The notes under the pieces: generated by a model
Told to the model about the DNA's origin: nothing
What the model saw: only the letters and a program-made list of their open reading frames with translations
Database searches by the model: none
Origin: a bacterium
Lineage (GTDB): Bacteria; UBP6; UBA1177; JAKLFG01
Length of the DNA: 64,000 nt
Direction: 5' to 3'
Assembly: GCA_022711315.1 (NCBI GenBank)
Contig: JAKLFG010000004.1
Coordinates: 19,309-83,308 of the forward strand
Translations under genes and position numbers: made by a program
In this document: positions 19,669 to 28,849 of the stretch, in pieces
How the letters are laid out: the number at the start of each line of letters is the position of its first letter
Position numbering within the stretch: position 1 is the stretch's first letter

Positions 19669-21444
19669 ATGACGCTCCGCGCGATGCCGCTCATGCTCCT
19701 TCTTCTCATCGCACTGACGCCCATCGCCCTTTTCGGTGCCGATCGCACGATGCCTTCTTTTACCGCCGAACTCTTCAAAAAACAGGTCGAGGCGGGCCTA
19801 GGCGAGGAGGATGACACGCGACTCGTCCGCAACCTGACCGACCTGTACGGGAAGTTCCGCACGCTCAACTATCCGAACTGTTTCGAGTGCTCACTGTGGC
19901 TCGTGAACGGCATAGTCGATACCTCTTCCTCGAAACGGCTGATACTCGCCGAATACGCGACGCTCTTCGCCCCCGATCTGCCTGAATCGCACCTGAACCG
20001 CTTTCTCGCCGTGCTTACCCTGCGGCCCGGCGATATCGGACTCATGGTCCATTCCCTCGGCAGATACCTGAAGACGACGATCGACACCGCCGCGCGGGAT
20101 CCCTTCATCGCCGCGGTCTGCTCGGTCGTGAAACTCTTTTCCTCGGTGCTGTTCCTGCTGTTCATGGCGGTGATGATCGGTAAATACGGTCGCCTGCTCG
20201 CCCATCTGTACGCCCATATCGGGTCGTTCTCGCTATTCCACATGGTCATTGCCGCCGTCATCCTCCTTGCCGGCGTCGTGCTCGCCGTGAAGGGGGTCAT
20301 CGGGCTGGAGCTCTTCTTCATCCTCTGGCTGTTCCTCTGCTACCGCATCATGCGTTACCGCGAACTTACCATACTGATCTTCTCGCTCGTGCTGTATCTC
20401 ACCGCCGACATCTGGCTGGATCAGATAGCCCACGCGACGCCGTCCGACCGGACCGCGGCGGCCGACCTGTACGGCGCGGTGTACAACCCCGCCTTCGCCT
20501 CACGGACGGCGGGGGAGAATTCGTCCGCCTCCGCCGCCCTGTTCACCCGCGGCATGCGGGAATTCTATCGCGGCCGTTTCGGTGCGGCCGACGCGCTGTT
20601 CGGCAGTGCGCAGGAACAGGAGCGATCGATCGAGCGCCTTGCGCTCCTCTTCAACCTGCGCGGGGTCTGCGCGTCGGAACGGGGCGACCATGCCGGCGCG
20701 CGCAAGCTGTACACCGAGGCGGTCAAAATGGAGGAGCGTCCCGCATACCTGTTCAATCTGAGCCGAGCCTTCTTCGCGCTCGGCGAGATAAAGGAGGCGG
20801 AGCAGATAGAAATGCGTGCCATCGCGCAGGCCGACCGGGCCAGTTTTACCTATCCGGTGGTCGTGCTTCCTACGCCCCACGCCTTTTACCGCGAGGCGCA
20901 GGCGCTTTTCACGCCGGTCTCACCCGATTGGCGGAGCGACCCGTTGGTCCGCCGTTCGGCCGGGCTCCTGCTTCTGCTGCTTATCGCGTTCTTCTGGGGA
21001 GGCATCGGGGTCCCGAGCATCTCGCTTCGCCACTGTATCGAGTGCGGCGGTATCATCTGCGAGGAATGCGGCGGTACCGACGACGAGGTCTGCATCACCT
21101 GCCGGGTGGTCAAGGCGGGGAAAAAACTGGTGAGTTCCGAGGAGATAAAGACCCATACCCGCCGTCGCGAACGGTGGGCGGCGTTCCAGCGGGCGCTTGC
21201 GGTGCTCCTCGCGGTCCCGGCGCCGGGCGCCGGTCTGCTGTACAACGACCGCGTCATCGAAGGGACGCTGTACACGACGCTGTTCGGCTCGGTGCTCGTG
21301 CTCTTCTCTCTGCCGCGGTTCTTTCCCTTCGTGGCGTTGACCCTGCCGGTACCGGAGGTGGTGCCGTTGATCGGCTATGCGGTGCTCGCTTTTTTCTGGC
21401 TTCTTTCCTTTTACCGGACCTGGCGGGTGGCGCACAATGAGTAG
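19669..21444 (+). CDS. polytopic membrane protein with TPR-like region and embedded Cys-rich zinc ribbon
   Basis: Starts 1 nt after the sseA stop. Signal/TM segments, a TPR-like helical region (ARKLYTEAVKMEERPAYLFNLSRAFFALGEIKEAEQ), CIECGGIICEECGGTDDEVCITC at 21034-21102, and further C-terminal TMs. Confidence 0.6.
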   Translation: MTLRAMPLMLLLLIALTPIALFGADRTMPSFTAELFKKQVEAGLGEEDDTRLVRNLTDLYGKFRTLNYPNCFECSLWLVNGIVDTSSSKRLILAEYATLFAPDLPESHLNRFLAVLTLRPGDIGLMVHSLGRYLKTTIDTAARDPFIAAVCSVVKLFSSVLFLLFMAVMIGKYGRLLAHLYAHIGSFSLFHMVIAAVILLAGVVLAVKGVIGLELFFILWLFLCYRIMRYRELTILIFSLVLYLTADIWLDQIAHATPSDRTAAADLYGAVYNPAFASRTAGENSSASAALFTRGMREFYRGRFGAADALFGSAQEQERSIERLALLFNLRGVCASERGDHAGARKLYTEAVKMEERPAYLFNLSRAFFALGEIKEAEQIEMRAIAQADRASFTYPVVVLPTPHAFYREAQALFTPVSPDWRSDPLVRRSAGLLLLLLIAFFWGGIGVPSISLRHCIECGGIICEECGGTDDEVCITCRVVKAGKKLVSSEEIKTHTRRRERWAAFQRALAVLLAVPAPGAGLLYNDRVIEGTLYTTLFGSVLVLFSLPRFFPFVALTLPVPEVVPLIGYAVLAFFWLLSFYRTWRVAHNE

Positions 21445-21460
21445 GACGGAGGAGCGCTGA

Positions 21461-22414
21461 ATGTTGGCGGGAGAACTGAAGCCCGGCGCGGTCGGCGATG
21501 TATGGGAAGAGATCGCCGCCGGCGAAATGACCGGCGTGCTCGAGGTCACATCGGGCAAGGATCTCTGGCAGTTCTCGTTCCGCGAAGGGGCGCTCACCGT
21601 CGCCCGCAAACGGGGGGTCGACAGCGCCGCGCATGTGGTCGAACTTCTGCTCGAAAGCGGCATCCTGCGGCAGGAAACGGTACGCGACGCGGTCAAGAAA
21701 CAGGCGAAGACGATGAAGAGCTGCCTCGAGATACTCATGGAAGAGGGACAGGTGCCCCTGCTCCTCTATTCGCGGGTCATCTCGGCGGTCATCCGCCTGC
21801 ATCTGCTGGATGTCATGGACCTGCGCAAGGGGCACTACCAGTTCGCGGTCAAGGAGACCCTGCGCGAGGAGCCGGGCGCCAAGCCGCTCGAGATGCCCCG
21901 GTTCCGGGCCTTTCTCGATCGGTTCGATCGCGACGCGAAACTGCTGAAGAACCTGCGGCGCGGGCTGTTCTCCACAGTCGATGTGCTGGATGACCTCCGG
22001 TTCCCCCTGCCGCGCAAGACGCTGTTCTACAGCTACGCCTCGTCCGATTTCGATCTCATAGATTTTTTCGTCCGGATGGCCGACCTGCAGGCGAAGGGAT
22101 CGATCGCTGTTGTCGGCGGATTCTTCCGGTCCCGCCCGCAGGCCATCGCCGCCGCGCTTATCCTGCGGCTCCTCATCCTCCTCTTCGCGGCGTGGGTAGC
22201 GGCCGCCGTCTTCCTGATCCCGCCGCGGGGCCAGAACTCGGCCACCAAGGTCGCGGCGCACGCGACACGGGAGAAAGCGTCGCTCCTGCAGGCCTTTTCT
22301 CATTTCGAAACGGGCGAGGAGGTCGATGTTGAACGGCTGATGCGCACCGGACTCATATCCGCTGATGAATACCGGGTGCTCCGCCCCGGACCCGTTCAGG
22401 AACCTCTGCCATGA
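21461..22414 (+). CDS. DUF4388 (PATAN-like) domain protein with C-terminal membrane anchor
   Basis: GVLEVTSGKDLWQFSFREGALTVA .. LLLESGILRQETVRDAVKKQ .. ILMEEGQV .. LLDVMDLRKGHYQF matches the DUF4388 pattern. TM segment AIAAALILRLLILLFAAWVAAAVFLI. Confidence 0.65.
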   Translation: MLAGELKPGAVGDVWEEIAAGEMTGVLEVTSGKDLWQFSFREGALTVARKRGVDSAAHVVELLLESGILRQETVRDAVKKQAKTMKSCLEILMEEGQVPLLLYSRVISAVIRLHLLDVMDLRKGHYQFAVKETLREEPGAKPLEMPRFRAFLDRFDRDAKLLKNLRRGLFSTVDVLDDLRFPLPRKTLFYSYASSDFDLIDFFVRMADLQAKGSIAVVGGFFRSRPQAIAAALILRLLILLFAAWVAAAVFLIPPRGQNSATKVAAHATREKASLLQAFSHFETGEEVDVERLMRTGLISADEYRVLRPGPVQEPLP

Positions 22415-24804
22415 AAGGTGATACCATGCGAAGAACCGACCGCCTTCAGGTCCCGATCGAGAATCTCCGCTACTATCCGGAACTGGCGAAATACGCGAAG
22501 ACCACGGCCAAGAAGATCCGGCCGGGATCGCAGTCGTTCTGTCAGGAAAAGGGCTTCGAGGCCATAGATTTCGGCGTCTCGATAACAAAAAAGGGCTTCA
22601 ACATCTACCTTGCCGGCGACCCCGGCACCGGCAAGACCTCGAGCGTCAAGAAGTATCTCGAGAAGATGGCGCAGAAGATGCCGGTCCCTGACGACATCTG
22701 CTATGTGCACAATTTCGATATGCCCGACGAGCCGCGGCTCATACTCCTGCCCGCCGGGTCGGGCGAGGTGCTCGTCAAGGATATGGCCGACCTGCTCGAC
22801 TACCTCCAATACCAGATACCGCGCCAACTCGAGAGCGAGACCTTCGAGATAAAAAAGAGCGAGGTGATGCGCTGGTATCAGGAGGAGAGCGAACGCAACT
22901 ACCGGGGCATCGAGGCGGAGGCGGCGAAACTGAATTTCGTCATCAAATCGACGCAGGGCGGGTTCGTCATCAATCCGGTCGTGGGCGGCGAGCCGATCGG
23001 CAAGGAGGAATTCGACAAACTGAGCGAAAAGGAAAAGGAGACCGTCCGGACCCACGAGGAGAAACTGCAGGAGAAACTCATAGCGTTCTTCCACCGCGAG
23101 CGGGTGCTGGAAAAGGAATACAAGGACAAGATGACGCAACTGCGCCAGAGCATGGTGCGGCTCATCGTCGCCGAGCCGCTCGGCGAACTGCGCAAGAGAT
23201 ACAAGAAGAACGACCAACTCAAGAGCCACATCGAGTCGTTGGAAAAGCACCTGCTCGAGAATTTCGACGACTTCTTCACCTACCGCGACATCACCGAGGG
23301 CAAGGCCGAGGCGCAGAATGCCGAGATGCCCGATTTCCGCGAGTACAAGGTCAACCTGCTCGTCAACAACAAGAACCTGACCGGTGCGCCGGTGATATAC
23401 GAGACCAACCCGACCTTCCAGAACATCATGGGCTACTTCGAGTACGAGGAGGTGCACAACTCGATCTTCACCGATTTCACCAAGATGAAGCCGGGTGCGC
23501 TCCACTACGCGAACGGCGGTTTCCTCATCGTGCAGGCCAACGACATACTCAAGAACTACTATGCGTGGACGGCGCTCAAACGCTCGATGCGCAACCGTCT
23601 GCTCCGGATGGACGACATCGATGTCGATTTTCGCTACCGCGTCAACATCTTCCCCAAACCGGAGGCGGTGCCGCTCAATGTGAAACTCATCATGATCGGT
23701 GACGACTACCTGTATCACCTGCTCTACACCTACGATGACGATTTCATCCGCATCTTCCGCGTCAAGGCCGATTTCGAGTCGACCACCGATATCACGGCGC
23801 GCAACACCGAGGGGTTGCTGCGCTTCATCGCGCGGGTCGTGCAGGAGGACTGTTCACTCGACTTCGATGTGACCGCGCTCCGGCGCATCCTGCACTATTC
23901 CTCGCGGCAGGCGGAGGACCAGAAGAAATATCGCGTCGGTGCCTCGGATCTGGTGGACATTATCCTCGAAAGCGACTTCTGGGCGCGCAAGGACGGACGG
24001 CCGCTCGTGAATGAGGCGGCGGTCCGCAAGGCGATAGCGATAAAGGAGAGCCGCCATGCGAGTATCAAGAAACACTACTACGAGTCGATAGACCGCGACA
24101 TCATCCTGCTCGATGTGCGCGGCGAGAAGGTCGGCATGATAAACGGGCTGGCGGTCTACAGCGTCGGTGATTTCAGTTTCGGCGTGCCTTCGCGCATCAC
24201 GGCGCGCGTCTTCGCGGGGCGCAAGGAGATCATCAATATCGATCGCGAGGTGCGCCTGTCGGGCCGCATCCACGACAAGGGCTCGCTCATCCTCGCCGGG
24301 TTCATCGGCGACCTGTTCGCGCAGGACAAGACGCTCTCGATATCGGCCTCCATCACCTTCGAACAGAACTACGGCGGCATCGAGGGCGACAGCGCGAGTT
24401 CGACCGAACTTTATGCGCTTCTGTCGGCGCTCGCCGATCTTCCCATCGCGCAGTCGATCGCCGTGACCGGATCGGTCAATCAGATGGGGGACATACAGCC
24501 GATCGGCGGGGTCAACGAAAAGATCGAGGGCTTCTTCGAGATCTGCAAGATGAAGGGGCTCACCGGCAAACAGGGGGTCATCATCCCAAAGCAGAACATC
24601 GAGCACCTCAACCTCAACGACGATGTCTGCGCGGCGATAAAGGCGCGGAAATTCCACCTCTACGCGGTCTCCAACATCTGCGAGGGGATAGAGATACTCA
24701 CCGGCGTGCCGAGCGGCAGGCGACTCAAGAACGGCCGGTTCACCCCCGGCAGCGTCTTCGCGCGGGTCGACGATAAGATCCGTCGCCTCAGCCGCGTGAA
24801 GTAG
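22411..24804 (+). CDS. Lon-like protease of the LonC type (AAA-like module with coiled-coil insertion, C-terminal Ser-Lys Lon protease domain)
   Basis: ATGA overlap with the upstream stop. Walker A GDPGTGKTSS. Helical K/E-rich insertion. The Walker B position reads GGFLIVQAND (no DE). Protease motifs GIEGDSASS and PIGGVNEKIEGFF. Confidence 0.8.
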   Translation: MKGDTMRRTDRLQVPIENLRYYPELAKYAKTTAKKIRPGSQSFCQEKGFEAIDFGVSITKKGFNIYLAGDPGTGKTSSVKKYLEKMAQKMPVPDDICYVHNFDMPDEPRLILLPAGSGEVLVKDMADLLDYLQYQIPRQLESETFEIKKSEVMRWYQEESERNYRGIEAEAAKLNFVIKSTQGGFVINPVVGGEPIGKEEFDKLSEKEKETVRTHEEKLQEKLIAFFHRERVLEKEYKDKMTQLRQSMVRLIVAEPLGELRKRYKKNDQLKSHIESLEKHLLENFDDFFTYRDITEGKAEAQNAEMPDFREYKVNLLVNNKNLTGAPVIYETNPTFQNIMGYFEYEEVHNSIFTDFTKMKPGALHYANGGFLIVQANDILKNYYAWTALKRSMRNRLLRMDDIDVDFRYRVNIFPKPEAVPLNVKLIMIGDDYLYHLLYTYDDDFIRIFRVKADFESTTDITARNTEGLLRFIARVVQEDCSLDFDVTALRRILHYSSRQAEDQKKYRVGASDLVDIILESDFWARKDGRPLVNEAAVRKAIAIKESRHASIKKHYYESIDRDIILLDVRGEKVGMINGLAVYSVGDFSFGVPSRITARVFAGRKEIINIDREVRLSGRIHDKGSLILAGFIGDLFAQDKTLSISASITFEQNYGGIEGDSASSTELYALLSALADLPIAQSIAVTGSVNQMGDIQPIGGVNEKIEGFFEICKMKGLTGKQGVIIPKQNIEHLNLNDDVCAAIKARKFHLYAVSNICEGIEILTGVPSGRRLKNGRFTPGSVFARVDDKIRRLSRVK

Positions 24805-24809
24805 ATATC

Positions 24810-24837
24810 TTGACACCCCCTCGTTTGTGAATATAGT
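24810..24837 (+). promoter_or_regulatory. candidate sigma70-type promoter for yceD-rpmF-plsX
   Basis: TTGACA-N16-TATAGT, 36 nt before the GTG at 24874. Confidence 0.5.
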
Positions 24838-24873
24838 CCCTCTTCGTTTTTTGCCGGTGTCCGCGAGGGTCGC

Positions 24874-25308
24874 GTGTTACTGTATCTGCCCGATATCACG
24901 GAGAGCGAACGGCGGCTCGCGGCCGAGGAGGTGTTCTTCGGCGAGTCGTTCGCGCCGGGGGTGACCCTGCGCGGGTACCATTTGACGGTGGCGTACTACC
25001 GGGCTGGCGACGCGATATCGCTCAAGATAGCGGGCGACATGGCGCTGGAGGCATCATGCGACCGGTGCGGCGCGCCGCTCGAGTTGGCGGTCGAGTTGGA
25101 GGAGCCGTTCATCCTCTTCCCGGCTAGCGCCGAGGAGGCCGATTATGTGTACGGTGAGGAGGCGATAGATTTGGACCCTTTCATACACGAGGCGATCGTG
25201 CTTAATATTCCCCCGAAGATACTCTGTTCCGATGAGTGCCGGGGGCTGTGCCCGACATGCGGAAAGGACCTCAACGGTCCCGCGTGCGGCTGTGAGAAGA
25301 ACGGTTGA
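24874..25308 (+). CDS. yceD: YceD/DUF177 family large-ribosomal-subunit accumulation protein
   Basis: Conserved position directly upstream of rpmF. C-terminal CSDECRGLCPTCGKDLNGPACGC. Confidence 0.75.
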   Translation: MLLYLPDITESERRLAAEEVFFGESFAPGVTLRGYHLTVAYYRAGDAISLKIAGDMALEASCDRCGAPLELAVELEEPFILFPASAEEADYVYGEEAIDLDPFIHEAIVLNIPPKILCSDECRGLCPTCGKDLNGPACGCEKNG

Positions 25309-25330
25309 CCGATAGCAACGGAGGTCTGTT

Positions 25331-25516
25331 ATGGCGACGGTAAAACGGAAACATTCACGGGCCCGGGGCCGCACGCGCCGCGCGGGACACCCGAAACTGG
25401 CGGCGGCCGCGACGCGCGCCTGCCCCAAGTGCGGTGAGACGATGATGCCGCACCGCATCTGCCCCTCCTGCGGCAACTACCGCGGCAAGGATTTCAAAGG
25501 CGACGACGGGAAGTAA
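25331..25516 (+). CDS. rpmF: 50S ribosomal protein L32
   Basis: MATVKRKHSRARGRTRR.. with CPKCG..CPSCG zinc knuckle. 61 aa. Confidence 0.92.
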   Translation: MATVKRKHSRARGRTRRAGHPKLAAAATRACPKCGETMMPHRICPSCGNYRGKDFKGDDGK

Positions 25517-25525
25517 CCGCCCGGC

Positions 25526-26554
25526 ATGTACGCCACCATTGTCGTCGACGCGATGGGGGGGGATCAGGGACCGGTGGTCCCGGTGACCGCGTCGCTTGAG
25601 GTCTGCCGCCAGAACCGTCTGATACACATCATCCTCGTCGGGCGGGAACCGGAGATATGGCAGGCGTTGCCGGCGGGTGGTTCCCTGCCGCGCAACCTCG
25701 AGATAGTCCACGCCCCTGACCGCATCGAGATGGACGATAGCCCCTCGGCGATCGTCCGCAAAAAAAGCCGGTCGTCGTTCCATGTCGGCATGAAACTGGT
25801 CGCCGAGAAAAAGGGCGATGCCTTCTTCACGGTCGGCAACACCGGCGCGGCGGTGGCGGTCGCCTACTTCATATCGGGGGCACTTCCCGGCATATCGCGG
25901 CCCGCGCTCGCTGTCGTGTTCCCCACGCTGAGCCAGCGCAAGGTGGTCCTGCTGGACCTCGGCGCCACGATGGAGATAAAGGCCGATACGCTCCTGCACT
26001 TCGCCGTGCTCGGCGAGGCGTTCTCGCACTGCATCACCGGCACCGCCACACCGCGCATAAAACTGCTGAGCGTCGGCGAGGAACAGACCAAGGGGCGACC
26101 GGTCATCATCGAGGCGGCCGACCGCATCGGGGAAAAACTCAACTACGGCGGCTTCGTCGAAGGTAACCGCCTGTTCAAGAGTCCCGACGCCGATGTCGTC
26201 GTCACCGACGGGTTCACCGGCAATGTCTCGCTCAAGGTCATCGAAGGTCTTTCCGAGACCATATACGACCTGTTCCGCGCCAAACTGGCGCCCCATCATT
26301 ACTGGACGAAGGTCCCGGGATTCCTGTTCAAGGCGCTGTTCGGATCGACCTTCCAGCGGTTCGACTACAGCCGTTACGGGAGCGCCATGCTTCTCGGCAT
26401 AAACCATCTGGTCGGCATCGGGCACGGCCGGTCGAATGTCGGTGCGTTCAAGAGCGGCATACTGACGCTGGCGCGCTATGTTGATGAAGGCATTCAGCCC
26501 AAGTTGGCGCGGCGGGTGGCGGCGACGGTCGCCCGTACGGACCGTCACAGATAG
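25526..26554 (+). CDS. plsX: phosphate acyltransferase PlsX
   Basis: IVVDAMGGDQGP N-terminus. About 340 aa. Canonical rpmF-plsX linkage. Confidence 0.9.
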   Translation: MYATIVVDAMGGDQGPVVPVTASLEVCRQNRLIHIILVGREPEIWQALPAGGSLPRNLEIVHAPDRIEMDDSPSAIVRKKSRSSFHVGMKLVAEKKGDAFFTVGNTGAAVAVAYFISGALPGISRPALAVVFPTLSQRKVVLLDLGATMEIKADTLLHFAVLGEAFSHCITGTATPRIKLLSVGEEQTKGRPVIIEAADRIGEKLNYGGFVEGNRLFKSPDADVVVTDGFTGNVSLKVIEGLSETIYDLFRAKLAPHHYWTKVPGFLFKALFGSTFQRFDYSRYGSAMLLGINHLVGIGHGRSNVGAFKSGILTLARYVDEGIQPKLARRVAATVARTDRHR

Positions 26555-26904
26555 CCCTTGACGACCTCCCACACATAGTCGAGACTCGAAAAGGGCTTGA
26601 GCAGGTAGTCGCTCGCCCCGTTCTGGAGCGAGGAGACGGTGTTCTCGATCGAGAGCATGCCGGTCATCACGATGACATGGATGGCCGGGTTCATCTCCTT
26701 GATGCGCCTGAGCAGTTCGATGCCGCTGATGCCGGGCATGATGACATCGGTGATGACCAGCGCGACCCCTTCCTCCTTCTTGAGCACCTCGAGCGCCTCT
26801 TCGCCGGTCAGGGCGATGAGCGCGTCCACCCCCTTGAACTGGAAGAAATTCTTCATCGATTTAACGAGAGCGACCTCATCATCAACGATGAGCACCCGTT
26901 TCAT
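26545..26904 (-). CDS. single-domain CheY-like response regulator
   Basis: VLIVDDE .. ITDVIMPG .. LLKPF receiver motifs. 119 aa. The 3' end overlaps the plsX 3' end by 10 nt (convergent). Confidence 0.85.
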   Translation of the reverse strand: MKRVLIVDDEVALVKSMKNFFQFKGVDALIALTGEEALEVLKKEEGVALVITDVIMPGISGIELLRRIKEMNPAIHVIVMTGMLSIENTVSSLQNGASDYLLKPFSSLDYVWEVVKGYL

Positions 26905-26964
26905 GCGATCCCCTCACAAGGTGTTCCATAAACTAATGGAATGATAATGGGGGCGGGGGTGTTG

Positions 26965-28068
26965 TCAAGTTTCTCTTTTGAGGAGCGCCGCGACCTCGAG
27001 ATGCCGCGTGGCGGGGAACTGGTCGACGACCGTGAGGGACCGCGGGGCGAAGCGGCCAGCGCGCCGGAGCCGTTCGAGGTCGCGCACGAAGGTCGCCGCG
27101 TCGCAGGAGAGGAGGAGCACCGTTCCGGCGCCGGAGGAGGCTATCGCCGCCGCGAGGCATTCCGGCAGGCCGGTCCGCGGCGGATCGGCGACCACGAGAT
27201 CGGCGTCAGGGAGTCCGGTGTCGTGTTCGAGATCGGCGCGGACAAAGCGGGCCCCGCCGCCGAGGTTGGCCGTAAAATCGCCCGCGGCGCTTTCCGAAAG
27301 TTCCATGCCGATCACCGCGACGCCGCGGCGGGCGGCGAACCGCGAGAAGAGCCCTACCCCGCAGAACAGATCGAGCATCGTGGCGGGCCGTTCCTCATCA
27401 AGCGCGCTTTCCAAAAGATCGACGAGCGCGGAGGCCCCTTCTTCGGAGGCCTGAAAGAAACTGCCGCGCGAGACGCGGAATGTTTCCCCCTTCACCCGTT
27501 TTTCCACCGCCGGGTCACGCGGTGACCATCCTCCGGAGAGCGGCGCGTATTCGTAGAAGACCTCGCCGCTTTTTCTTTCCGCCGCGTCGGCCCGGATGAT
27601 GCCGTTGAGAGCAGGGTGGATGAGCGGGCACCGGTCGAAGGGGATCCGTTCATGAGAGGCGCGCCGGCTGAAGGTCGGCAGGCCGTCGAGGATACGCACC
27701 TTCGTCCGGGTGCGCAGACCGAACTCGGGGAGAGGGATGAATGCCGGCTCGACCGCAAGCGTGGCCTTCTGTTGGCCGAAGAGGTCCCGCAGGATCAAAA
27801 GTTTCGTTTCGCGCTGGAGTTCGTATGGCATGTGCAGGAGGTCGCACCCACCGCACCGGCCGAAGAGCGGGCAGGGGGGCTCGCGGCGAAGCGGGCTCGG
27901 CTCGACCACGCGGAACTCCGCGGCCCGGCGGGCCCGGCGGACCGGTCGGGCCGCGAGTATCTCGACCGTTTCGCCGGGGATGACGCCGGGAACGAAATAG
28001 GTGACGCCGTCGCTCCATCCGATACCTTCGCCCGAGGAGATGATCTTCCCGATGGTGACGAGGGTCAA
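26965..28068 (-). CDS. TRAM-domain SAM-dependent RNA (uracil-5) methyltransferase, RlmD/TrmA family
   Basis: TRAM-like N-terminus. Cys cluster CPLFGRCGGCDLLHM. SAM motif DLFCGVGLFS. VVADPPRTGL. Confidence 0.8.
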   Translation of the reverse strand: MTLVTIGKIISSGEGIGWSDGVTYFVPGVIPGETVEILAARPVRRARRAAEFRVVEPSPLRREPPCPLFGRCGGCDLLHMPYELQRETKLLILRDLFGQQKATLAVEPAFIPLPEFGLRTRTKVRILDGLPTFSRRASHERIPFDRCPLIHPALNGIIRADAAERKSGEVFYEYAPLSGGWSPRDPAVEKRVKGETFRVSRGSFFQASEEGASALVDLLESALDEERPATMLDLFCGVGLFSRFAARRGVAVIGMELSESAAGDFTANLGGGARFVRADLEHDTGLPDADLVVADPPRTGLPECLAAAIASSGAGTVLLLSCDAATFVRDLERLRRAGRFAPRSLTVVDQFPATRHLEVAALLKRET

Positions 28069-28092
28069 GGGCGTTACCGAAAAAGAGAGCGG

Positions 28093-28734
28093 TTACTTGG
28101 CGGGGGTCTTCGCCGCTTTGGGATCGGCCGGTTTCTCGGGACGCGGATACCCGACGAAATTCCCTTTTTCATCGAGAAGTTCCGGATACTTGGAGACGAA
28201 GGTGTCCTGCCATTCCTTGATGGGGAAGCGCCCGTCGTTATGGAACAGCGTGATGTGCATGAGCCGGTCCTTGTCCGATATGACCTGATAGCGCATATAG
28301 AGTTTGTTCAGGAGCCCGAGCAGTTCCTCGTCGTTGAGTTGGCGTGCGCCGGCGTCTATCGACTTGGTCGTCGCTTTTTGTATCCATTCCTTGACCATGT
28401 CTCGGTTGAAGTTCTCGACCTCCTTGATGCGGATCATCGCCTTGATCCACTCCTGATAGTCGTCCTTCGACTCGGCCTCTTTCCAGATGTCGTTGTACTT
28501 CTGTTCGGCGATCTTGGCGTCACAGAGGTGCTCAAGGTCGAGCAGTTTCTGGTCGTTGGGATAATTGCTCCGCAGGGCGATGATGAGTTGTTTGGCCGGG
28601 GCATACTGTCCCTGCTCCACCATCTTCTGCACTTCCTCGCGCCGGTCGGTGTCCTGTTTGCCCGAACAGGCGCACAGAAGCCATGCGCAGGCCACAATGG
28701 TAATCGCCATGATACCCAAGGTCATCCGTTTCAT
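28093..28734 (-). CDS. predicted lipoprotein of unknown function
   Basis: GAGGAGGAGG SD 6 nt upstream of ATG 28734, which I prefer over the ORF-track start at 28773. Lipobox LLCA-C. Lower G+C than the neighbours. Confidence 0.6.
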   Translation of the reverse strand: MKRMTLGIMAITIVACAWLLCACSGKQDTDRREEVQKMVEQGQYAPAKQLIIALRSNYPNDQKLLDLEHLCDAKIAEQKYNDIWKEAESKDDYQEWIKAMIRIKEVENFNRDMVKEWIQKATTKSIDAGARQLNDEELLGLLNKLYMRYQVISDKDRLMHITLFHNDGRFPIKEWQDTFVSKYPELLDEKGNFVGYPRPEKPADPKAAKTPAK

Positions 28735-28849
28735 GTCGTTCCTCCTCCTCAGTGAAAGACCACAAGCGAACATCCCGTATCATAGGGAAGCGGAGAGGCG
28801 ATGTCAAAAAAAGTCCTGATATCGGGTGAAAAAGATCGGAAAGGGGCTA

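Noticed and set aside
26545-26554. 10-nt convergent overlap of plsX and the response-regulator gene as a regulatory antisense arrangement
   Set aside because: Short 3'-3' overlaps are common in compact genomes. No hairpin or conserved element was seen, and nothing supports function.
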